Shown here piece after piece: positions 12,791 through 23,669 of a DNA stretch of 64,000 nt. Within the stretch, counting starts at the first letter, position 1; each line of letters starts with the position of its first letter. The DNA comes from Chiloscyllium plagiosum. Taxonomy: Eukaryota. The translations under genes were made by a program, and so were the position numbers. The notes under the pieces were generated by a model that ran no database searches, was not told where the DNA came from, and worked only from the letters and a program-made list of their open reading frames with translations. The DNA lies in NCBI RefSeq assembly GCF_004010195.1, contig NC_057718.1, positions 87,168,139 through 87,232,138 of the forward strand, in the 5' to 3' direction.

Positions 12791-13203
12791 AAGTCCCAGC
12801 TTCTCTTTACTTTTCCTGTAACTGAAATCTTTCATCCCAATTATCATTCCAGTAAATCTTCTTTGCACCTGCTCCAAAACCTGGATATCCCTCCTAAAAA
12901 TGTGCTATCTAATATTGGCCATAATGGTCCAACTGAAGCAAACCCAGTGTTTGATAAACATTTTTGTTCAAGTTTTTTTTAACTCTACTCTATCTCTCCA
13001 CAAATAAAAGCAAGAGTCCCGTATGTGTTCCTGTTAAACAGCCTTCTCTATTTGTCCTGCCACCTTCAAAGTTTCCTGTATATAAAATTCTTTATACTCT
13101 GTTCCTGCACCTCCTTTAACACTGGGCCATTTACTTCATATTATGTCTCCTATTTTTCTAAAAAAAATGTATCATTCAGATTTCTTAATTTTATTCATAA
13201 AGT

Positions 13204-13605
13204 CGAAAAGGGTGGTGCTGGAAAAGATCAGCAGGTCAGGCAGCATGCGAGGAGCAGGAGAGTCAACATTTCGGGCATAAACCTTTCATCAGGAATGTGA
13301 AGGGTGAAGGGGGATGAGAGATGAATAGGGGAATGGGGTTGAGGCTGGGGTGAAGGTAGGTGGGAAGGTGATACATGGCTGCAGGTGGGGGTAATTGTGA
13401 TAGGGAGGGAGGGTGGAGAGGTGTGGTGGGAACGAAGATGGACAGATAGGACATGTCAAAAGGGCAATGCCAATTTGGAGGGTTGGCGTTCTTCCTCCAT
13501 TTGGGGGGTTGGCTTTGATTTGGCAGTGTAGGAGGCCCAGGGCTTAGATGTCCTTGGGGGAGTTGAAGTAGTCGGCGACATGATGGTGGGATTGTTTGGT
13601 GCACA
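13204..13605 (-). mobile_element. Penelope-like 3' fragment with decayed hammerhead core (13261-13296)
   Basis: Same terminal block as 57702-59538; minus strand attcCTGATGAAAGGTTTATGCCCGAAATGTTG. Confidence 0.7.
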
Positions 13606-13741
13606 CACCCAACGATTGATACTTACAATTAGATTTCATTAGAATTAAATTTTATTGTCATGTATACTTAAGTACAGGAATACAGATGTACAGTGTAAAG
13701 TACACAATGTCGCCATTCTGGAAACCAACTTAAGTACAAAG

Positions 13742-13870
13742 GTGAAAGTGGGTACTGCAGATGCTGGAGATCAGAGTCAAGATTAGAGTTGTGCTGGAAA
13801 ACCACAGCAGGTCAATCAGCATCCGAGGAGCAGGAAGATCGGCGTTGAGCAGGAGCCCTTCGTCAGGTTT
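13742..13870 (-). mobile_element. Short Penelope-derived terminal unit with degenerate hammerhead core
   Basis: Matches the ...actgcagatgctggagatcagagtc...cccttcgtcagg unit seen at 24548, 30038 and 56234. Confidence 0.65.
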
Positions 13871-13876
13871 CCTAAT

Positions 13877-15800
13877 GGGGGCTGTTAGTAGCCGATAATA
13901 GGCGTGCGTAGTCATGGCCCATGTGATAACAAGACCTGAAGTGTGGGGGCTGGTGGCAGGTTGGGGTTGGGGTAAGGACATGGCCTTAAACGCTAAAGTT
14001 GTTGAACTCAATATTAAGTCCAGAGGCCTGCAGAGTTCCTACACAGAAAATGAGGTGCTGTTCTTCCAGCTTTGCTGGAGCACTGCAACAAGCCTGAGGC
14101 AGAGATGGTGGCTGGGAATCACAGTGGTGCGTTGAAGTGGCAGGCAACTGGAAGCTCAGGGTCTTTTTTGTGGACAGAAATGTGCAAACCAGTCACTCAA
14201 TCTGCAGTTCATTTCCCCAATGTAGATGAGACCAAATTGTGAGCAGCTGATTGAGTGAAGTGCAAGTAAAGCACAGGTTCACCTGAAAGGTGTGTTTGGG
14301 CCCTTGGATGGTGAGGACGGAGGAAGTAAATGGGCAGGTGTTACACTGTCTGTGATTGTAGGGGAAGGTGCCATGGGGCTGTTGGGATGTGTTGGGAGTG
14401 AAGAAGGAGTGCTTCAGGATGTCCTGGAGGGAATGATCCCTGCAGAAGGTTCACAAGGGAGGGAAAGGGAATGTGTTTGATGGTGGCAATCCATTGGAGG
14501 TAGTAGAAACGGGGGCTAATGATCGTAAGCATGTGGATGCTAGTTGGATGGTAGGTCAGGACAAGGGGGACTCTTGTTATTGTCGGAGGGAAGACAGAAG
14601 GTGAGGTCCAAAGTGCAGGAGAAGGTCGGACCTGGCTGAGGGCACTTCAGCCCTCACCCCTTCTCTTCCTGCCCACATCCATAGGATCATTAACCACCAT
14701 TTCCACCACCACCAGCAGAATGCCACCACTAGACATATATTCCCTCCCCTCCCTTGTCAGCCTTCCACAATGACCATTCCCTCCAAGACACCTTCCCCTG
14801 CAGTTACAGAAGGTGTAACATTTACACATTTACTCCCTCTCTTCTCACCACCCAAGGCCCCAAGCACACCTTTTGGGTGAAGCAGTGCTTTACTTGCACT
14901 TCACTCAATCAGCTCACAGTTTGGCCTCATCTACATTGGGGAAGTGAACTGCAAATTGAGTGACTGGTTTGCACATTTCTGTCCACAGAAAAGACCCAGA
15001 GCTTCCAGTTGCCTACCACTTCAATGCACCACTGTGATTCCCAGCCACCATCTCTGCTTCAGGCTTGTTGCAGTGCTCCAGCAAAGCTGGAAGAACAGCA
15101 CCTCATTTTCTGTGTAGGAACTCTGCAGGCCTCTGGACTTAATATTGAGTTCAACAACTTTAGCGTTTAAGGCCATGTCCTTACCCCAACCGCCCACCAC
15201 CCCCCACACTTCAGGCCTTGTCATCACATGGGCCACGAGTTATCGGCTACTAACAGCCCCCAATAACAGCTATTCATTCCCCAGACTGATCTTGAGCCAA
15301 TCCCAGCAAATCTGTCTGGTTTTTTTTCTCTCTTTGGGCTCTACCTAAATCTATCATTTATTCTTCTGCCTCCCCCCACCACATCTTCTGCATTAAAAAA
15401 GAATAGAGCTTGAAGATCAGTGACTTTGACTTTAGTTGGCTGTTAATGGCAGTGAAGCTGTGGAGAAGAGATGGCTCAGGACTGATGGACTCTCTTGAAG
15501 TTATATCTTTCTTTTTTCCTTATTTGTACGTTATTTGACATGGTGCCGAATTGTGACAGCAAATGAAAGCTTTTCACTGTAATTTTATTGTATTCTTACT
15601 ATAAAGTTCACATGACAATAAATCGTTCATTTATTCATTAAATACCAACATTTTCATAGCTGCCATTAGTTCTGAAGAAGGCTCACTGAACTCAAAATGT
15701 TAACTCTGATTTCTCTCCACAGATGCCATTAGAACTGTTGATTTTTCCAGCGGTTTCTTTTATTTCTGATTTCCAGCATCTGCACTTCTTTCAATTTTTT
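13877..15800. mobile_element. Inverted pair of Penelope-like GIY-YIG remnants plus 3' tail
   Basis: Arms 13877-14371 and 14788-15261 are reverse complements; + arm encodes decayed QGPKHTF.VKQ.FTCTS...GLIYIGE...PVA.HFN; tail with ctgaagaagg..caaaatgttaac near 15670. Confidence 0.8.
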
Positions 15801-16624
15801 CCCCTTTAAAATTTCAATGGTTGATACCCCAAGGCACTTGAAACCACTTAGGTTTGTGTAAACAAAAACTGTGAAGTTAGTACCAGAGATCAGACTGCTA
15901 GGTTAATCAAAGCTGAGTGCCACTGTTTCAACAATCTAATGATTTGCAGAAATCTCAGCCAAAAACAATACTTAGGCTTAGCTGAGAGCCCAGACAGAGG
16001 AGAGCTGAAACAACTGAGTCCCCACTTGATTGACTGATCTGGCTGTCTGGCCTCTAGCATCAATTTCACAATGTTTGTTTGCAGAACCTTGAGTAGGAAT
16101 TATAGAGAAATAAATTACAGTTAGCAATTATTGAATTCTTGCAGTTTTGCAGAACGTCACTGAGTTGTGGTTTATTTCTGGAACATAAATCCCCTGCAGG
16201 AAGGGACTGAATATAGAGGGTGCTGCAATTGCTAATAAATCATTGTTTGTGAGCCAATTTATTGCTGATATTTTGGGATTTACGATAAACTTGCTGAGAC
16301 GATAATCCCAGGTGGCACATATGGTATTTTACCAACTGGCAGTATTTGAGGGAATCACATATGCAAGATTCTATAATCCTCTATTTAGACCCATTTTCAA
16401 CCCAGATTCATTTATCTAGTGTTACAGCAATGTGGGCTTCCTAAAAAAATTCTTGCTGACTGGCTCATTGATACTGCTGTGCTTTATAACAAACCGTCAA
16501 AAATTACAGGAGGTGCAACATTGAGATATCTTAGGTTTTGCTATTCAGGATTGTAGTTTTGCACACCCTAATTTCTATCTGTCTGTTGTTAACAATAATG
16601 TATTTCTGCTGACACCTGTTGCAG

Positions 16625-16809
16625 ATTCCAGGTCAATGTGTATATAACTCATCAAGCTACACTCCATGTACAAACCTCCAAACCAGATGTATACATCGAG
16701 CTACAAATCCTAAACAGAAGTAGAGAGGTAGCCAAAGCAACTGGAAAAGGCCATGCTATAATCCCTTCATTCCTGTTTGCCTCAGGTACAGAACGTTCTA
16801 CTACTTACG
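16625..16809 (+). CDS. ADGB: Androglobin exon, FQVNVYITHQATLHVQTSKPDVYIELQIL...TGKGHAIIPSFLFASGTERSTTY
   Basis: ttgcag acceptor, gtaagc donor; 185 nt, phase 2-1; TSKPD and TGKG.AIIP motifs. Confidence 0.94.
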
Positions 16810-17856
16810 GTAAGCATGGTACCAGAATTCTTCGATTTGCTTGTATTCTTTTCTCTCATTATTTCTCTCGGTCTCTCACCCTCTTTTTCCTTTTCCAACA
16901 TTTTTTTAAAAATAACAAGAGATAGTTTTAAATGATCTAAGGTGGAAATTACCCTGTCGGCGTCATACAGAGAAAAATGAGGGGAGAGGAGTTTACACAG
17001 CAGAAAAGTCTCTTTCACCTCAGAATACCTTAGAACTAATCTCCTATTGGAACAGAATCAAACAGCACAGAAAGACAGCATCCAGTGCATCAAATTCATC
17101 CTACACTCCTATTCGTGACCCATAGCCCTGCAAAAATCTGCTGTTCAACTACTTATCCAATAATGTTGGGAAATTTCCAACTTAATTTGCTTCCACCATC
17201 ATTTTACTAGTGTATTCCTAATCTTAATAACTTGCTGTATAAAAAGGTTTCACGTCATCTCACTGATCTTCATTTACTCTTCAAGATTTATTCTTCAGGA
17301 AATTAAAGTTTCCTCAGTAATTCAAAGTGTTAAGATCAGCCACTTATTTTTGATTTCCCCAATACAAAACATCATACATATTGAAATAACTCCACAGAAC
17401 CTAGTATCCATCACCAAGTCACCCTTTATATACATATGACCAGTCCTTGACTTTAGTACTGCCTCATCCAGAGTCAGGTACTGGACTGTCAGTACTCTGA
17501 CATTCCCCCATTTTATCTGATGGCCAGGGCTGCCTGGTTGGATCAGATTCACAGCCCAAATCAGGGAACTTATATTCTATGAGGACCAGCTCAGTGAACT
17601 CATTACACAGAGGTGCTAAATACTAATTATTTTTTGTTTACATTGTTGATGCTGTTTAGACTCTCATAGCATGCAACATATTATAGGTGGTACAACAACT
17701 GGCATCAGTCTGGAAACCCTGAAAGGCTGAAAGGACTCCAATTCAGTAAATCCCTAGAGTTGTAGAATCTGTAACAACAGAGTGAACTAATTTAATCAAT
17801 TATGTTTGTGCCAGCTGTTTGAAAGAGTTATTCAATTAGTCCCACTCATCTCTTTC

Positions 17857-18446
17857 TGTTGAAGAAAACTCTCAGACTCGGACCTTGCGAACTGATTAGT
17901 TTATGACACAATATATCATGGGGAATTCACCGTCCTAACTGTGGCTCAGTGTTATTCCAAAGTACGTCAGGGTACTACGGGATAACATAGAGAAAGCAGA
18001 TAGGATCTGACCATTAATTACCCAGTTTGGCTGCTTACAAGTTGGTACTAAATTAGAGGTTAGTCATTAAGTTCAAAATTAAAGCACTATTATGCATTCC
18101 ACAAGTGGACAGATCAAGTGGTATCACCACCTGCTATAGTTACACAGATTGCTAATACTAAGCAGAGATATCCCTAATTGGCTGAATAACTGTAAAGAGG
18201 CAATAACTAGAGAAGGAAGGGGGACTAATTGGAAAGTCTATGTCAGCTTGACTGGTTCTACAGCCTGCGCTGATCATTCAGCAAAGGGAGGAGACACTAT
18301 CTTGAGAAGGAAGATAAGGACAACCTTTCACATTACCTTATAGTAAGGAATGCATAGCCAGCAAAGTTCTGGCTGGGGACACAAAATGGAACTCTCAGCC
18401 AAATCAGGAAAATGGCTTCCAGGCAAATAATAACTTTTCCCCAACA
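17857..18446. mobile_element. Solo LTR (590 bp)
   Basis: TG...CA ends with terminal inverted match tgttgaagaaaa / ttttccccaaca and 5-bp TSD ctttc. Confidence 0.7.
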
Positions 18447-19594
18447 CTTTCTCTGTAACCTTTGGATCATAACAAATAATGTAAATCAAGCTGAGAGTGA
18501 GGAATAAAACTTAAAAGCGCTGATGATCATCACAAGGCATTGTTGAACACATGGAAGTGTCCGTTGTAATGGAACCCAAACAAAATGGTACTTTTCTTAA
18601 AAAAAAACTGATAGAACAAAATTTTGGTTACAGCAGACTCACTTATCTTACTCATATCAGCAGCCAACCAAATAATGATATTAATCAAGTTCAGATGTTC
18701 ACATCAGAAAGAAACTCCCACCAGTGTTGATGTTGTTGCTGACAAAAAAATAGAAGTGATAGATCGGCCTAACCGATCTCATGGACTATTTTGTTATGAC
18801 ATGATGGTGAACCCCTTTGTTAATTAAACTAAACACCCAGAAAAGCTCACCTCGCCTCGCTTCATAATCTGTTAAAATATGTGAATAACAGAAAATGCCG
18901 AAATTTCACTCTTTAAGGAAAATAAAATCAATTTATTCTTTAGCTCTAAAAGTGAACACCAAACAACAACTATTTACAACTCCAAGTCCCCCTTTATCTT
19001 AACTGCTTATTATCTGCCTCCAACTCTATAATAATATGCTGTTTCAATAAGACACTTATTAAAAATACATCAACTTAATTTCTTTTTACTGCAAATCTGT
19101 TTCATATGAAAAGCTACCTTTGATAGAGAGTGTTTCTAATTGCTTGGCTCTCGGTGGCAGTTGCTCTGTCTGATTTTCAAAATGCCTGCCTTTTTTATAT
19201 CCCCAACATCGAATCATCTCATTGGTTCGATGTTGGCAAAACAATAAATTCAAACTCGACTGGATTTTAGTGACCTGGTACATAATTTAAACTGATTGGT
19301 TTAATTCAAATTGTTGTCAAAACAGCAAACAACTCAGATATCTATTTCTCAGCCAAAGGTTATATATTTTCAATTTTCCAGTACACTCTGTGACTGCTCA
19401 TGTAAGCTCTTAGTGCAGAACAGAATTCACTCTCTCTTAAAACTACAGTACATGCCTTCAACTTCATAACAATTTTGAGAAAGTTACATCTTAAATGGGC
19501 ATTATAAAATATTTTATGATTTACACCTGGATTTCCAAAGCACAATCTTTTCACAGTTCTCCATGTACTTGTTAAACAAACAAAAAAGACAAGA

Positions 19595-19802
19595 TTTGGA
19601 GATGCCGGTGTTGGACTGGGGTGTACAAAGTTAAAAATCACACAACACCAGGTTATAGTCCAACAGGTTTAATTGGAAGTACTAGCTTTCGGAGTGTCGC
19701 TCCTTCATCAGGTGATTGTCAACCACCTGATGGAGCAGCGCTCCGAAAGCTAGTGCTTCTAATTAAACCTGTTGGACTATAACCCGGTGTTGTGTGATTT
19801 TT
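19595..19802. mobile_element. Palindromic Penelope-derived insertion (second family) with hammerhead core
   Basis: 13-bp TSD aaaaaagacaaga (19582-19594, 19803-19815); arms 19631-19714 and 19724-19804. Confidence 0.8.
19681..19714 (-). ncRNA. Minimal type I hammerhead ribozyme motif (AGCU helix-III variant)
   Basis: Minus strand cacCTGATGA-A-GGAG-CGACA-CTCC-GAAA-GC-TAgt. Confidence 0.6.
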
Positions 19803-20204
19803 AAAAAAGACAAGAACATTAATACCAATACATCAACCTCATTTTATGTCCTGCATATTTTGAGTGTGCAGTACAGAAAGCAGGCATTATGCCTCTGAAA
19901 ATGATCCAATTATTCCTGCTCCCTTCCTCTTGTCCCTTTACCTTGAAACCCATATCCCTTTCAAGTATATGTTCAATTATAATTTGAAAAGTTGTTGTAA
20001 GTTTGTTTAGAGATGTGTTTAGAGATGAACGTGGAGCAGATCTTTGTAACCGGAACTGTTTATTGAAGGAGAGACCCCTGCATGACTATCACGGAGTAAG
20101 TCTTTCTCCACGCTGAGTGTCCCATGACCCAGCCTCACTTTATCATTATCTATCATTATCATGTATGGCTACATTACACCACAACTTCCTCTAAATATTC
20201 CCAT

Positions 20205-21900
20205 ATTCACTAATGTCCTAAAGGAAAGAAATCTGCTTTCCTCGTCTGGTCTGGCCTACGTGTGACAGCATGGTTGGCTCTTAACTGCCCTCTGAAATGG
20301 CCAAGCAAGCCACTTGGTTGTATCAATCATTACAAAGTCTCAATGAAGAAATTAAACTGGATAGATCAACCTAGGCACTGGTAGAGACAAAAACAAAAAC
20401 AGTCCTGTTAACCCTGCAAAGTCCAACATCTCAGAGCTAATTGGGAGGACTATCTCACAAATTAGTCAAGCAGCAACCTGACATAGTCATACTCATGGAA
20501 TCATACCTTACAGACAATGTCCCAGCCACCACCATTACAGTCCCTAGATATGTCGTGTCCCATTGGCAGGACAGACACAGCAGAGATGGTGACACATGGC
20601 ATACAGTTGGGAGCGTGTTGCCCTGGGAGTCTTCAACAATGAGTCCAGACCCCACGGAGTCTAATGGTTTCAGATTAACCATGGGCAAAGACACCTCCTG
20701 CTGATTACCATTGTACCATCCTCCCTCAGCTGATGAATCAGTACTCCTCCATGTTGAACAATTCTTGGAGGAAGCACTGAGGGTAGCAAAGGTACAAATG
20801 TACACTGGCTAGGGTATTTCAATTCCACCGCCAAAAGTAGCTCAGCAGCAGCAACACTACTTATCGAACTAGTCAGGTCATAAAAGACATAACTGGTAGA
20901 CCGGGTATGCAGCAGATGGTGAGGGAAGCAACAAAAGAAAAAAACATACTTCACCTCACTGTTACCAATCTGTTGACTGCAGATGCATCTGTCCATAACA
21001 GGATTGGTAAAAGTGACCACGTCATAGTCATTGTGGAGAAGAAGTCCTGCCCTTACATTGAGAATAATTCCCATCGAGTTGGTGTGCCGCTATCACCATG
21101 CTAAATGGGACAGACATCAAACAGATATAGCAAACAAAGACTAGGCCCAGCATATCCCCGACTCAACCATTACCATCAAGCCAGGTGTCAACCCTGGTTC
21201 AATGTCTCAATTTTTCGACATTTAAAAAAAAGTACAAAATATACCTGTTAAAGCCACAGTATCGTCATACCAGAGAGTTAACTGGACTCGTCACATAAAC
21301 ACAGTGGCTACAACAACAGGTCAGAGGCTGGGAATAGTGCAGCAAGTAACCCAGCTCCTGACTCCACAGAGCCTGTCCACCATCTACAAGGCACAAGTCA
21401 GGAGTGTGATGGATTACTCCTCACTTGCCTGGATTGATGCAGCTCCAACAACACAAGAAGCTTGAAAGCATTCAGGATGAAGCAACCCACTTCATTGGCA
21501 CTACATCCACAAACATCCACTCCTTCCACCACTGACATTCAGTAGCTGCAGTATGAACTATCTACAAGGTACACTGCAGAAATTCATCAAAAATCCTTAA
21601 GCATCTTCCAAACTCACAACCACTTCCATCTAGAAGGACATGGGCAGCAGATACATGGGAATACCATCACCATCAAGTTCCCTTCCAAAATACTCACCAT
21701 TCTGACTTGGAAACATATCATCGTTCCGTCAGTGTCACTGGATCAAAATCCTCCCTAATGGCATTATGTGTCAACCTACAGCATGTAGACTCCAGTGGTT
21801 CAAGAAGGCAGCTTTATCACCACCTTCTCAAGGGCACCCAGAACCGGGTAATAAATGCTGGCTCAACCAGCAAAGTCCACATTCCATGAATGATTAAAAA
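20205..21900 (+). mobile_element. Decayed, internally deleted APE-RT LINE (CR1-group, family unassigned)
   Basis: LSHKLVKQQPDIVILMESYLTDNVP (APE N-terminus), GKSDH (APE C-terminal motif), RT C-terminal remnants and tail ataaatgctggc. Confidence 0.75.
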
Positions 21901-22976
21901 AGAATCTGGACATAGCCAGTGAACTGAGCAGTCAATCAGAACATTCTGCCCAATATTGAAGTACTCATTAGAGGTCTTCAGTATGCTGCTGAATCTTCAG
22001 GGATTAGCTTGCCTTGTCAACATATGATCTAATGTTTTCTATATGATGTGTGTAAAAGAGCTGCGGTGACACTGAAATATTGGCACCTTTGGTGCTAACT
22101 GTTCCATTTTGTGGTCTGGTCTCAGCCTTCCACTTGGTGAAACAGCTCGATAGTAGAGAGATCCTCTCCTTCACCACGTAACTGTGGCATATTGTGCCAG
22201 GACTCATTTAAACTTGCTTTTGCCTGCTTTGAGTTCTGTTTGTCATGATTTATGCCATTTTTGCTTACTGTTCTCAACCTGTGCCATTGCCTGTTAATTT
22301 CCCTTTCCTCTTGGCATGAGGGTTTATCTCCTTCATGTTCTGCTCTTTTTGCCACGGCTTGTGTGCCCAAGTGGTATAGTTTGCTGCTGGAGTCTGTTTG
22401 CTTTCTGTTTTGGAAGTTGCTCATGTCACTGAAGTCAGTCCATTCCACACTCTGCCTGTCTTGCTTACCTGTGCTGCTGTCATAACGATTTGTTTACTGC
22501 ATATTTGTTGGTTTCCTCCCTTCATGGTTAGTTGTTCTTCACCTGACACTGTCCATTGAGGCCTGTTTTGTATACCTCCGCCTATGATGACTTTTCCTCC
22601 CTTTCACTATGCTGCCTATCCCATTTTAGTGTCCAAATGAAGCTACTGCCACTGGTGCTGTTGACCTTTGATTACATTTTTGTGCCTGCACTGGGTGCCA
22701 TTGTAACCTCTTCCATTGCTCCCAGAAAGATTTTTCTTTCTGTTTATGTTCTGCCATCATATTGTAAGTGTGCTTCAAGATGAATATGAAACAGAAAAGG
22801 GAGAGATCCCTGCATAAATATCTTGTCCTTCGACACACTGACTGTCACGTGACCTGATATGTCAGTAGCTATCTGATTGATAACTGCTCTTTACATTATG
22901 CAAGTTACTATTGAATATGGTTCCACACCTTTCACGTGTACAGCATTGACAATAATTAGTCTGTATTTATTCCTAG

Positions 22977-23155
22977 TACCTTCACGTAAACCTTCTGATG
23001 TTCCTAATATTTTGGGAATTTCCAAGAAGTTGGGAACCACTCCAAGTAACAAGACTGCAAGGAGTTCTGCTAAGGCAACAAGTGAACAAAAATCACCCGT
23101 ATTATTAGATGAGAACACACTTCCTATGGATATAGAACAATCATTGACAAAAGTG
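22977..23155 (+). CDS. ADGB: Androglobin exon, low-complexity linker (V)PSRKPSDVPNILG...PMDIEQSLTKV
   Basis: ttcctag acceptor, gtaagt donor; 179 nt, phase 1-0 bridges both neighbours; peptide weakly conserved. Confidence 0.85.
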
Positions 23156-23547
23156 GTAAGTATTGCCATGAATTAATAGGTTTATAGGTTGTCTTCTCTG
23201 AATAATAACACTTAGGGATACAAGTGCACTTCTTCCAATTGAAATTTTGAAAGAACAAAGTCATAACCACCAATACCAACCATAGAATATGCTCAATGCG
23301 TTATCGTCCTTTACATTGGCCACCCGTATTATTAGATGAGAACACACTTCCTATGGATATAGAACAATCATTGACAAAAGCGGTAAGTATTGCCATGAAT
23401 TAATAGGTTTATAGGTTGTCTTCTCTGAATAATAACACTTAGAGATACAAGTACACTTCTTCCAATTGAAATTTTGAAAGAACAAAGTCATAACCACCAA
23501 TACCAACCATAGAATATGCTCAATGCGTTATCGTCCTTTACATTGGC
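23094..23547 (+). repeat. Tandem duplication, 2 x 227 bp, spanning an ADGB exon end and splice donor
   Basis: 23094-23320 repeated at 23321-23547 with three substitutions. Confidence 0.95.
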
Positions 23548-23669
23548 CATTAACTCATAAAAAAACCAAACAACTCAAAGCATTGTTTCAACCCTGCACT
23601 AAGATTCAAGTCTCACAAGCTGTTTACGGCCAAGACTGCTTGCAAAACTGGTCCCTTTTTTCTAAAAGC

